Assembly (NCBI GenBank): GCA_964609455.1
Contig: CAZSRD010000001.1
Location: forward strand, 70,920-134,919
Source: an uncultured Methanosarcinales archaeon
GTDB taxonomy: Archaea > Nanobdellota > Nanobdellia > Woesearchaeales > JACPBV01
Reading direction: 5' to 3'
Length of the DNA: 64,000 nt
Shown: one piece after another, positions 51,831-60,053 of the stretch
How positions within the stretch are numbered: the stretch's first letter is position 1
How the letters are laid out: every line of letters begins with the position of its first letter
Translations under genes and position numbers: made by a program
Notes under the pieces: model-generated
What the model saw: only the letters and a program-made list of their open reading frames with translations
Database searches by the model: none
Told to the model about the DNA's origin: nothing

Positions 51831-52840
51831 CCCCCACCAATTACTGTTCTAGCTATATACTTAACAGAAGATGCCATTGCCTTCATGTTTTCCACTATTT
51901 TTGCTGTAGCTGCGCATGCTGGCCTAAAATTACAAACCCCCTTCCCATCTCCGTTTGTAAATTTTAAATCTTTATGGTAATGTTTTTCAAAGAAGCTGTC
52001 ACATGCAACTATTATTTCCTTGTTTCTCTTTTCTACTTCAAGCGCTATTTTTTCGTCATTGGTGTGATAAGATCTCATAACATCAAAGTAGCTTTGTTTG
52101 ATACTGTTAAAAAGAGTTTTCATCTCTTCACTCCACTTTCCACTTACTTTTGTATCACCAATATACCTGCATATTCTTTTAGTATTGTCAGCTATTCTTT
52201 CTATCATTGTTGTAACTGTATGGTCTGAGTGCAGCCTTAATGAGTTGGTTTGCAGTGAATTTGCTATTCTGACGTCTTTCAAGGCCCCCCTAATAATCCT
52301 TGAGGTAAGAAAATGCAGCCTGTTAACATCTTCATCTCTGTGGATTATACTTTCGGCATCTTCTTTTCCGCAAAAACAATTAAAAGTATCCTCGAGCATT
52401 GCTCTTGCAATATTGTCCATCCTTCTTATTAATGTTTTAATTGGAATCTCTTTTATGTCGATTAGATCTTTTGCAACAATCCTTGTTGAACTTTGGTTTA
52501 TTATCTCTAACCCAGATAAATTTTGAAGCATTGATTTTATTTCTGGAGCTTTGTTTTTAAGGTCTTTAGAAATAACCTCTATCATGTTATAATTATTAAG
52601 GTATGCTGATACGATTTCTGTTCTTAATATGTCTGGGCTTTTGTTTTCTGCCTCAATAACTATTGATTTTGGCTCTTCTTTCAGTGTTTCTGTGCTATTT
52701 GTTTTTAAGAATAAGCCGTCTTTTGCTTCTTCTATAGAAATCAAATCTCCTTTTTGTAATTTGTTCTTCTCTACCCATGGTTTTGGCAAGGACAAAACAT
52801 AAGAGTTTTTACCAAATCTGATTAATTTCCTCATATTCAT
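51827..52840 (-). CDS. AbrB/SpoVT-type swapped-hairpin domain fused to PhoU-like repeats (archaeal phosphate-uptake-regulator-like)
   Basis: N-terminus MRKLIRFGKNSYVLSLPKPWVEKNKLQKGDLI is an AbrB-like fold. The start is taken at MNMRKL. The track ORF's 24 extra codons were rejected. Confidence 0.65.
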   Translation of the reverse strand: MNMRKLIRFGKNSYVLSLPKPWVEKNKLQKGDLISIEEAKDGLFLKTNSTETLKEEPKSIVIEAENKSPDILRTEIVSAYLNNYNMIEVISKDLKNKAPEIKSMLQNLSGLEIINQSSTRIVAKDLIDIKEIPIKTLIRRMDNIARAMLEDTFNCFCGKEDAESIIHRDEDVNRLHFLTSRIIRGALKDVRIANSLQTNSLRLHSDHTVTTMIERIADNTKRICRYIGDTKVSGKWSEEMKTLFNSIKQSYFDVMRSYHTNDEKIALEVEKRNKEIIVACDSFFEKHYHKDLKFTNGDGKGVCNFRPACAATAKIVENMKAMASSVKYIARTVIGGG

Positions 52841-53026
52841 TTTTACCCCCCCCAAGTTTATTTTATAAAATATACAAATTATATATAAAAGTATATACCA
52901 TAAATTTTGCATATATACTATATATAATATATGGTAAGGTTATATATAAATGTTTCGCCAATATTAAGGTTAGCTGATAAGAAAGGCGGATTAGTTTTTA
53001 TCTGATTGAATGTGGAGGTGAAAAAA

Positions 53027-53155
53027 ATGGAAGAAAAAACAACCCATGACTACATAAGGGAACATCTATTGAAGGATATTGTTTTTGTGCCTTTTGATAT
53101 AGAGGATAAAATTCGTTTTGACTTGTTTACCAAAATAGAAGAGGTATTAGGGTGA
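53027..53155 (+). CDS. Small protein (42 aa), no Cys. First of a tandem run of tiny ORFs.
   Basis: GGAGGTG sits 7 nt upstream of the ATG. Below the ORF-track cutoff. Translated by hand. Confidence 0.35.
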   Translation: MEEKTTHDYIREHLLKDIVFVPFDIEDKIRFDLFTKIEEVLG

Positions 53156-53161
53156 TATAAA

Positions 53162-53308
53162 ATGGCAGAAATAATGCAAAACAGAATGGTTTTTGCAAAC
53201 GAACCAAATTGGGTATACTGCTACAATTGCAAAACAGAAATGAGCTTTAATGGACATGGTTATGAGTGCCCGGTGTGTGGCTCTATGTATTTAGACAGAG
53301 GTGATTAA
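53162..53308 (+). CDS. Small zinc-ribbon protein (48 aa, CxxC...CxxC)
   Basis: Hand translation MAEIMQNRMVFANEPNWVYCYNCKTEMSFNGHGYECPVCGSMYLDRGD. Confidence 0.45.
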   Translation: MAEIMQNRMVFANEPNWVYCYNCKTEMSFNGHGYECPVCGSMYLDRGD

Positions 53309-53437
53309 ATGAAAAGAAGAATATGTGTAAGTTGCGGCTCTAAAATTATGAAGAGCGCATTTCATGATCCCTATTTATGCAGGGAATGTGAGAAAGAGGT
53401 GAAAGAAGAGCAAAGGTTTGCTTTTCTAGATGGTTAA
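53309..53437 (+). CDS. Small zinc-ribbon protein (42 aa, CxxC...CxxC)
   Basis: Hand translation MKRRICVSCGSKIMKSAFHDPYLCRECEKEVKEEQRFAFLDG. AGAGGTG precedes the ATG, which abuts the previous stop. Confidence 0.45.
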   Translation: MKRRICVSCGSKIMKSAFHDPYLCRECEKEVKEEQRFAFLDG

Positions 53438-53641
53438 ATGCAGCGGGAAAATCGGAAAAAGCCATAAATTCAGCGGAAAGCCATAAACACTTCGTGTTTA
53501 ATGTCACTGAATTTAATGTTACTGATTTTCCCTGGTCTCTTTTTGCTTACAAAAAGAGGAGGTGGTAAAATTGGATGAAGGAGAAGATCATTGGTTTTTT
53601 GTAGAATGTGATGATGATAAAATGATGGAATTTTCAGAAAA

Positions 53642-53791
53642 ATGAAGTCCAAGCTATGTAGATATTGTGGTATGGAGTTTACCGATATTGATTTTCCTGC
53701 TCAATTTGATAGAATGATTACTTGTGGTACTTCTGAATGCATGAAATTAAGGAGATGGGAAAGGTTGGGGATAAAAGAAGAAGGTTTTTAG
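53642..53791 (+). CDS. Small zinc-ribbon protein (49 aa, CxxC...CxxxxC). Its N-terminus is paralogous to the 53309 ORF.
   Basis: Hand translation MKSKLCRYCGMEFTDIDFPAQFDRMITCGTSECMKLRRWERLGIKEEGF. A 24-aa acidic TTG-start ORF with an AGGAGGTGG RBS precedes it at 53571-53645. Confidence 0.4.
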   Translation: MKSKLCRYCGMEFTDIDFPAQFDRMITCGTSECMKLRRWERLGIKEEGF

Positions 53792-54723
53792 TCTGTGTCT
53801 CTTGTTGTATAGAATAAAGCCCATACTGGGAAATGGTCAGATACTTTTTCTGCTGCTTTTTGGGTTAGCCCGTATCTGCTTTTGAAATCTAAAACCTGCC
53901 ATTTGCCTGCATAATCCTCGCTGGTGAATGCTTTTCTAAAAACTATTCTGTCGTAAGTATAGTTTGTTGCTTTTACAGTTGTATCAGCCCAGTCTGGTAT
54001 AACCCATTGGTACCTTGTATCCCTAAATCCTGTTGTTATTTTCTCTGAGAAATATTTGCCATCTGCATTAAAGTCCCCTAATACTATAACATCTTTATCA
54101 TCTTTTACCATGTCATCTGCATATTTTTCCACTTCTTCTAATGCCATTACCTCCCTAGTTGCATATTCTGGTTTTGTGTGTATGTTAACTAAGGTAAAAT
54201 CAAACTTTCCTGAACTAAACGCAGCTATAAATGGTGTTCTTGTGAATTTCTTTGATGAATCGTTGTATATTGCTGAGATTCTTCTGAAGTTTACTGTTCT
54301 TGTGTTGTATATAAAAGCATAACTTTCAGCAGCAGCACCTTCTCCAACACGGGGGCTTATAACATAATCATACTTGTCTCCTGCTGCTGCGTTTATCCTT
54401 TCCATAAAGTAAGGGACTGTTTTCCCCCCTATATCTTTTATCTCTTGTATTGCAACAACATCAAAGTTCCTGACAATTTTTTCAAGAACCTGCATTACCT
54501 CTTCTTTTTCCCTCTTTGCTTTTCCGAATACCTGGATATTGAAGGAAGCTATTTTGATGGTTGGTTCAGAAAGCTGTTGCTCTAAAGAAGCGGGTTGTGT
54601 TGTTTGGGTTTGTTCTATTCTTGAAGGGGATTTCGGTTCGTATCTATATTTAGGAATTTCTCTATCTCCCCTACAATAAAAGATAGCTGCTATCATTCCT
54701 AAAGTAATGAGTAACTTTCTCAT
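53788..54723 (-). CDS. Secreted/lipoprotein endonuclease-exonuclease-phosphatase (DNase I-like) family nuclease
   Basis: N-terminal signal with a lipobox-like FYC. The EEP motifs are IASFNIQ, VVAIQE, GDFNAD and SDHFPVW. 311 aa. Confidence 0.75.
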   Translation of the reverse strand: MRKLLITLGMIAAIFYCRGDREIPKYRYEPKSPSRIEQTQTTQPASLEQQLSEPTIKIASFNIQVFGKAKREKEEVMQVLEKIVRNFDVVAIQEIKDIGGKTVPYFMERINAAAGDKYDYVISPRVGEGAAAESYAFIYNTRTVNFRRISAIYNDSSKKFTRTPFIAAFSSGKFDFTLVNIHTKPEYATREVMALEEVEKYADDMVKDDKDVIVLGDFNADGKYFSEKITTGFRDTRYQWVIPDWADTTVKATNYTYDRIVFRKAFTSEDYAGKWQVLDFKSRYGLTQKAAEKVSDHFPVWALFYTTRDTD

Positions 54724-54770
54724 AACCTAGAAGAATGCAATTTGGTTTTTAAGGGTTTCTTTAAGGGGGA

Positions 54771-54801
54771 AATGCCCCCAACGGGATTTGAACCCATGTC
54801 C
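54771..54801 (-). repeat. Exact 31-nt copy of the tRNA-Glu 3' end (variable loop, T-arm, acceptor 3' strand, discriminator and 2 nt). An att-like remnant.
   Basis: Identical to the sequence beginning at 56679 in the intact tRNA-Glu locus. A further shared flank CTAGAAGAATGC sits at 54728-54739 (matching 56672-56683). Confidence 0.75.
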
Positions 54802-54837
54802 AGTTGGTTTGTGGTCGGTGGTTAGTGGTTTTTGGTT

Positions 54838-54866
54838 GTCGACAAAATCGTTAGATTTTGCTCGAC
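54838..54866 (-). terminator. Hairpin downstream of the 239-aa gene (GTCGACAAAATC-GTTA-GATTTTGCTCGAC)
   Basis: 12-bp stem with one bulge. It lies just past the stop of the minus-strand gene ending at 54935. Confidence 0.3.
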
Positions 54867-54934
54867 TAGGAAAATTTTGAAGAAATTTTCCGTTTCCGCT
54901 TTTGACGGCAGTGAATCCATGTTTTGAACCGATG

Positions 54935-55654
54935 TTAACCACCTCGTTGAGTTTTTATTTTTTCTTCCTGTTCTTCAGGAAAACATTCTTGATTAAAACA
55001 TTTATCACACATACAAGCATGCCAATCTTTGTTATGAGCTGAAATCTTTTTATTGCATTTTTTACAAGTAAAATTCAGGTCTTCATCATGCTTTTTATGG
55101 AATGTTTTTATTTTTTCTTTTATATCCTTAGGGCCTAATGTTTCTGCAAAAGATCCTTCTGACCAAAGGCTTTCCCCACTCATTTTAGGTTTTTCTTCCT
55201 TTTTCATCATCTTTGCGATTTCTTCAGGAGACATTTTTTCGATAGTTTTCTGAGCATGTTTCATTTCTTCTTCAAACATATTATTTGAAGTCTCTGTTCC
55301 AGCTAAAAAACTTAGGAAACATGCCTCTTTTTTGGTCGCTTCTTTCAAATCCTTCTTTAGTTTTGGCCAGAGTTCCTTATCAAAAAATTCTCTCATATCA
55401 TCAATTTCCTCTTGATTAAAGTCGTCCTCATCTGTCACATCTACAGGCTCAGGCGCCTCTTTCCCATATATTTCCTTATACATCTCAGCAGGAGTTTTTC
55501 CAGTATCAGATTGTTTCCTTACATTATTATACCAGTGGAAGAACTCTTCAAGCATTTTTTTGTTTTCTTCTTCGTCTTTAGGTTTTGGTTTATCTTTAAA
55601 AAACTCATCAAAAGCTTGCCTATATTCCTTAACTGCTGGGCTTTTATCTTCCAT
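54935..55654 (-). CDS. Hypothetical Lys/Glu-rich protein with a C-terminal Cys/His zinc-finger-like cluster
   Basis: C-terminus CKKCNKKISAHNKDWHACMCDKC. 239 aa. Lies inside the tRNA-Glu repeat-bounded segment. Confidence 0.4.
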   Translation of the reverse strand: MEDKSPAVKEYRQAFDEFFKDKPKPKDEEENKKMLEEFFHWYNNVRKQSDTGKTPAEMYKEIYGKEAPEPVDVTDEDDFNQEEIDDMREFFDKELWPKLKKDLKEATKKEACFLSFLAGTETSNNMFEEEMKHAQKTIEKMSPEEIAKMMKKEEKPKMSGESLWSEGSFAETLGPKDIKEKIKTFHKKHDEDLNFTCKKCNKKISAHNKDWHACMCDKCFNQECFPEEQEEKIKTQRGG

Positions 55655-55707
55655 AGTTTAAACCTCACAATTTTTCTCAATAAGTCAACTTAATATTAAA
55701 TATTGGT

Positions 55708-56550
55708 TCATTTCAATCTTTTCCTATAGGTATTAGCAATCATCTTTTCATCTTTTTTAACTCTTCTTTCAAGTTTCTTGATATCTTCTTCAGGAGGCAG
55801 TTCTTCTGGTTTTATTCCTCTCTTGGATAATAAGCCCCTTACTTCCGCATTATTCCTTACATGTTCGCCAGTTATTCTATCTTCACCTTCAAGATTATCT
55901 TTCTTTACATTAAAATTAGTGATTTCTGTAGCTAGATTCTTTGCTGTGATAGTGATTGTTGGAAGAAAATCTGCTAAAGGCCTGTTCTTATGGATTTTAA
56001 GCTTACTTTTCATCATGGCAGTAGTATAACCTCCAAATAATGCTTTATCCCCTTTGCTTCTTATTCTTGCAAATCCTGCTTCATCAACTCCCTTTTCATA
56101 GATTAGCTTAGAAAGCTCTGTCTCAGATGCCACTAATTTCTGCCTTGCACTTAATCTTTCAATTAGTGCAATCCTTTCTTCAATCAATTCTTGTTTTCTT
56201 GTTTGTACTGCAAAATAACTTTGAGCAAAAGCTATCTGCTCTTTTCTAGGATCTCCGTTTTGAGCAATTAAATAACATGCATATCTTGTAAGCATGATAT
56301 CCTCAATTTCCCTCTCTGCTTCAGAACCAATCTTGACCTTTTTCCTGATGTCAGGAAAATGGTCGCTTACCTCCTGTCCCGAGTTCCTGCAGGATTCTTT
56401 TGCTTTGGCAATTACATTTAGAAAATTCTCCCATTTATTATACCCTAATAACTGCTGCAAATCTCTTGCAAACCAAAACTCTATGCCATCAGCTTCATTA
56501 GCATAATCCTCAAAGGATTTTCTAAGTTTTATTATAATCTCTTTTTTCAT
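55708..56550 (-). CDS. DinD / RhuM-family (DNA-damage-inducible protein D-like) protein, a common mobile-element cargo
   Basis: N-terminus IIKLRKSFEDYANEADGIEFWFARDLQQLLGYNKWENFLNVIAKAKESCRNSG matches the conserved DinD/RhuM N-terminal block. 280 aa. Confidence 0.6.
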   Translation of the reverse strand: MKKEIIIKLRKSFEDYANEADGIEFWFARDLQQLLGYNKWENFLNVIAKAKESCRNSGQEVSDHFPDIRKKVKIGSEAEREIEDIMLTRYACYLIAQNGDPRKEQIAFAQSYFAVQTRKQELIEERIALIERLSARQKLVASETELSKLIYEKGVDEAGFARIRSKGDKALFGGYTTAMMKSKLKIHKNRPLADFLPTITITAKNLATEITNFNVKKDNLEGEDRITGEHVRNNAEVRGLLSKRGIKPEELPPEEDIKKLERRVKKDEKMIANTYRKRLK

Positions 56551-56680
56551 CTTCCATGTAAGTAATGAATACTTGTATTTATAATTTTTGAAAATCCACT
56601 CCTTACGTCGTTCTATTGGTTTCTGGTAAGTGGTTAGTAGAACTACGCACTACCCACTACTAACTAAAAAACTAGAAGAA

Positions 56681-56755
56681 TGCCCCCAACGGGATTTGAA
56701 CCCATGTCCCAGCCTCGAAAAGGCTGAATGATTGACCGGACTACACCATGGGGGC
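56681..56755 (-). tRNA. tRNA-Glu (anticodon TTC)
   Basis: Reverse complement reads GCCCCCA-...-CAGCC-TTTTCGA-GGCTG-GGAC-ATGGG-TTCAAAT-CCCGT-TGGGGGC-A. Confidence 0.85.
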
Positions 56756-56806
56756 GTAAGTATTGAGTTTTCTAATTTTTTTATAAATCTTTGTTTTTGT
56801 AAAGAG

Positions 56807-56912
56807 TGGGCTCGCAGGGATTTGAACCCCAGACCGCCGGCTCACTTAGAGCCGTTTGCCTAGAACGTGGCCATATAAGACCGGCGCTCTAACCAGGCTG
56901 AGCTACGAGCCC
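56807..56912 (-). tRNA. Intron-containing tRNA with apparent anticodon TAT (tRNA-Ile2-like). 31-nt intron at the canonical 37/38 position (plus coordinates 56843-56873).
   Basis: Acceptor GGGCTCG/CGAGCCC and an Ile/Met-type D-arm AGCTCAGCCTGGTTAGAGC. Anticodon stem CCGGT/GCCGG with loop CTTATA|intron|A. Intron-end TAAG pairs with loop CTTA (a BHB-like arrangement). 106 nt precursor. Confidence 0.6.
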
Positions 56913-56964
56913 ATTAAGGTAAGAGAATAAGTATTTTGTTTATAAATATTTTTGTTTTGATAAA

Positions 56965-57036
56965 TGCGACGGCCGGGATTTGAACCCGGGTGAGAGCCTT
57001 GGCAAGGCCCTATCATAACCGCTAGATCACCATCGC
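56965..57036 (-). tRNA. tRNA-Gly (anticodon GCC)
   Basis: Anticodon arm GGGCC-TTGCCAA-GGCTC, T-arm CCGGG-TTCAAAT-CCCGG, acceptor GCGATGG/CCGTCGC. Confidence 0.85.
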
Positions 57037-57039
57037 AGA

Positions 57040-57112
57040 TGGGCCCAGCCAGAGTCGAACTGGCGACTTACACCTTGTAAGGGTGTTGTCATAACCACTA
57101 GACCATGAGCCC
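57040..57112 (-). tRNA. tRNA-Val (anticodon TAC)
   Basis: Anticodon arm ACACC-CTTACAA-GGTGT, T-arm GCCAG-TTCGACT-CTGGC. Only 3 nt separate it from tRNA-Gly. A TTTATATG TATA-like box sits ~-24 to -31 relative to the 5' end. Confidence 0.85.
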
Positions 57113-57131
57113 GATACTCTAGTGAATTTTA

Positions 57132-57956
57132 TTGTCATATAAAAAGCTTTTTATATTTACACATTTAATTGGTAAAATAATGGAAGAATTAGTGACAAAT
57201 GCGGAACAAGAGCCACATGAAAAGATATTTGAAATGCTATTTGATAAGGATGAGGTTACTTGGCAGGCCCTCATCCATGAATTGGTTAAATCTGAGCAGA
57301 TTGATCCTTGGGATGTCAATATTTCATTATTAACAAAGAAATATATTGAGACGATACAAAAACTAAAAGAGCTTGACTTTAGGGTTTCTGGAAAAATGTT
57401 ATTAGCTGCTGCAATCCTGTTAAAGATAAAATCGAATAAATTAGTTGGAGAGGATATAGAGTACCTTGACAGATTGATTTCACAAGAGGATGATGAAGAA
57501 TTAAGCTTTGAGGAAGAGCTTGAGCCTAGGCCAAAAGAAGACATACCTACTAGTTTGATACCAAGAACACCTCAGCCAAGAAAAAGAAAGGTTTCTATTT
57601 ATGATTTGATGGGGGCTTTGGAAAGGGCTTTAGAGATAAAAAGAAGGAGGGTACTTAAAAGCATACCCCCTATGGATGTTCACATCCCAGAGAAGAAGAA
57701 GGACATTTCAGCTATAATAAAAGACATTTATGGAAAGATTAAGCTGTTTTTCTGGGAGCATAGAAAAGATAGATTAACTTTTTCTAATCTTCTTCCTGAA
57801 GGCGCATCAAAAGAAGATAAGGTATATACCTTTGTTCCTCTGCTTCACCTTACAAACCAGAGAAAGATAGATGTATTCCAGCAGCAGCACTTTGGAGAGA
57901 TTGACATTGTATTGAGGCAGACAACAGAAGAAGTTGATAAAGAACTCGGGATATAA
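57132..57956 (+). CDS. scpA: Segregation and condensation protein A (kleisin)
   Basis: IHELVKSEQIDPWDVNISLLTKKYIETI matches the ScpA N-terminal block. The likely true start is MEELVTN at 57180. Confidence 0.7.
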   Translation: MSYKKLFIFTHLIGKIMEELVTNAEQEPHEKIFEMLFDKDEVTWQALIHELVKSEQIDPWDVNISLLTKKYIETIQKLKELDFRVSGKMLLAAAILLKIKSNKLVGEDIEYLDRLISQEDDEELSFEEELEPRPKEDIPTSLIPRTPQPRKRKVSIYDLMGALERALEIKRRRVLKSIPPMDVHIPEKKKDISAIIKDIYGKIKLFFWEHRKDRLTFSNLLPEGASKEDKVYTFVPLLHLTNQRKIDVFQQQHFGEIDIVLRQTTEEVDKELGI

Positions 57957-57970
57957 TTGTTTATACATTT

Positions 57971-58870
57971 CTAAGATTTACTAGAGCCATTTTCAACTAT
58001 TACCTGTTGAGGCTCTAATCCGCTCTTTATCGAATCAATCACCTTGCTCTTCTGCGAGCTTAGATCAGATATGGTTTTTTCAGGAAGGACCTTAGAGCCC
58101 CTTAGCTTCTCAAATAAAGATTCATTTATCTCTATGCATTTGTTTACTAGATTAAGAGTCAGTTCCCTTCTCCAATCTGGCCTAGATTGGTTTAATAAGG
58201 TTATAATCTCGTTCAGCCTTTCGAAAGAAACCAATATGCTGTTTAAAAGCAATTCTGCGTTAAGCGGGTCTAAAACCTTTTTGAAATGCTTGTTGCCTGA
58301 AATTAGCGTAAGCGACAAAACCTCATTAAGGACATCCTCAAACGATGAGACAGAAACATAGATATCATTTATCTCCCTTTTTCTTAGTGTATTCTCCTCT
58401 ACTTTGTTTATGAGCCTGTTTATATTCTGCCTAAACACAAGCAAGGAAGACCTTAAGCGATTTATCCTCTCATTAAATGATATGTCATATATCTCGCTAA
58501 GGATTATATCCTGTTTTATGGACACAAGCTTTGAGGTAACAACAGCCAAAAGCAATAATCCAAATATTACTTCTATTATAGCTATAATCTTGAATATGCC
58601 TACAGGGGTAATATCCCCGAAGCCTGTTGTTGTTGCTGTTATAAAGCTGAAATATATCCTGTCAACAAAGCTTTTAACGCGCTCGCCGTTTGAGGGATAT
58701 AATAAAAAAGATGAGCTGCTTTCCAACATAAGGTAAAAGACTCCAAAAAGCACAACTATCAATAGCCATATAATCAGGATGCTAGAAAAACTAAACCTAT
58801 CCGGGAAAGTGTTCAGCTTTCTTCCTTTTAATTTAGCAAATAATTCGTTTATGGAGATAAAGTTTTTCAT
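57971..58870 (-). CDS. Two-TM potassium-channel pore protein with a cytoplasmic C-terminal domain
   Basis: Pore helix plus selectivity filter FITATTTGFGDITP between two hydrophobic helices. 299 aa. Confidence 0.65.
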   Translation of the reverse strand: MKNFISINELFAKLKGRKLNTFPDRFSFSSILIIWLLIVVLFGVFYLMLESSSSFLLYPSNGERVKSFVDRIYFSFITATTTGFGDITPVGIFKIIAIIEVIFGLLLLAVVTSKLVSIKQDIILSEIYDISFNERINRLRSSLLVFRQNINRLINKVEENTLRKREINDIYVSVSSFEDVLNEVLSLTLISGNKHFKKVLDPLNAELLLNSILVSFERLNEIITLLNQSRPDWRRELTLNLVNKCIEINESLFEKLRGSKVLPEKTISDLSSQKSKVIDSIKSGLEPQQVIVENGSSKS

Positions 58871-58883
58871 CTTAGCATCAATG

Positions 58884-59096
58884 TTATGTGATTTCCTGAT
58901 TATTCTTTTTTCTTACAAGCCTTGCCACATAACCAGTAATCTTGTTTCTAAGATTTTTAGAAGCAGTCAAAACCCTGGTGATTGCAATTTCCTGGTTTTT
59001 TTCAAAATTATCTGTAAATTCGTTTGGGTAAATATCCAAAAGATTATGAGTTATCCTCTTTATCTGCGCTGTTTTAATCCTTCCCATTTTTATCAC
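58884..59096 (-). CDS. rps17e: 30S ribosomal protein S17e
   Basis: GRIKTAQIKRITHNLLDIYPNEFTDNFEKNQ...ITGYVARLV is the S17e pattern. ~67 aa. Confidence 0.7.
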   Translation of the reverse strand: MIKMGRIKTAQIKRITHNLLDIYPNEFTDNFEKNQEIAITRVLTASKNLRNKITGYVARLVRKKNNQEIT

Positions 59097-59118
59097 TCTT
59101 GACTATATTAAAGATTGA

Positions 59119-59334
59119 TCACCACCCTATCTTCTCGTAAGGTTTTCCATGTATTGGGCTTTTCCTATTTGTTGGGTGGCAGATAATAGGGATTATTTTG
59201 CAAACATAATCCTCGTAGTTATTTATGTACGCTCTTCCATTCTCAACACTATCAAACACAAGAATTTTTCCATTTTTCCTAAGAGCCTTCCAATTTAAGG
59301 TTCCTTTTTTTCGAATTTTTATATAATTAAACAT
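59119..59334 (-). CDS. Hypothetical small protein
   Basis: 71-aa ORF, basic, no motif. Confidence 0.3.
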   Translation of the reverse strand: MFNYIKIRKKGTLNWKALRKNGKILVFDSVENGRAYINNYEDYVCKIIPIICHPTNRKSPIHGKPYEKIGW

Positions 59335-59470
59335 TTTTTAACCTCCACTAAACGAGAAAATTTCATAAATCATGATAAATAGTGAAATTTTCCCTAGTTA
59401 ATAAAGTTGAAAACTTCGTTTTTATACTTTATAAACAATAAAAAAAATAAAAAAAATTTAATATTGCAAA

Positions 59471-59542
59471 TCACCAAGTATCGTCTTCTGGTTCTTGTTC
59501 ATCTTCATCATCAGAAGATGATGGATAATCCAATTCTTCCAT
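59471..59542 (-). CDS. Tiny acidic peptide (23 aa, MEELDYPSSSDDEDEQEPEDDTW) with a strong GGAGGT RBS
   Basis: Hand-translated. GGAGGT sits 7 nt upstream of the ATG on the minus strand. Confidence 0.3.
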   Translation of the reverse strand: MEELDYPSSSDDEDEQEPEDDTW

Positions 59543-60053
59543 TTTTTTACCTCCTCAGTTTATTGCTACTCTTCGTTTTTCAACTGAACCAACAATCCGC
59601 TAAGCTCCTTCTTATAAGCCTCTAACTTACTCTGCTTCATCCCTTTTAGCCTAGCGTCCTGTATATTATGGATATCCCATTCTAACAAAGAGATTGATTT
59701 CCTAAGCTCGTATATCCTATCGCTGGTTGAGATTGTTTTTTGCATTTAGATGCACCTTAAAACCGTGACTTTTAGCTGTTTTTAATCAGTTATTCTGCCC
59801 TAAGAAAAAGTAGTATTATTTGTTCGGGTTTATGTTTTTCTCCTTTTTATTATCTGTTGGTTCTCTAAGCTTCCTTACTATGAATTTGCCTAATGCTTAG
59901 AATATTACCTTAAGCCTGTATAAGGCCGGATATATTTAAGCTTTTCTAAAAGGCAGTTTCAAAAGCAGAAAAAGCCCCTTTCTTTTTTCAGCTTTGAGAT
60001 TACATTTTAATTTCAAAAGCTTTTTAAACACCCAATAATTCTACAAGTATTAG

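Noticed and set aside
53162-53308. LysW-like amino-group carrier protein idea for the zinc-ribbon ORFs (prompted by the nearby RimK-family ligase)
   Set aside because: The zinc-ribbon spacing is similar, but the proteins lack the C-terminal acidic EDWGE-type tail that LysW needs. They are also 45 kb from the rimK-like gene.
54727-54942. 71-aa ORF spanning the tRNA-Glu fragment and hairpin
   Set aside because: It covers an RNA-derived repeat and a terminator-like hairpin. No motif.
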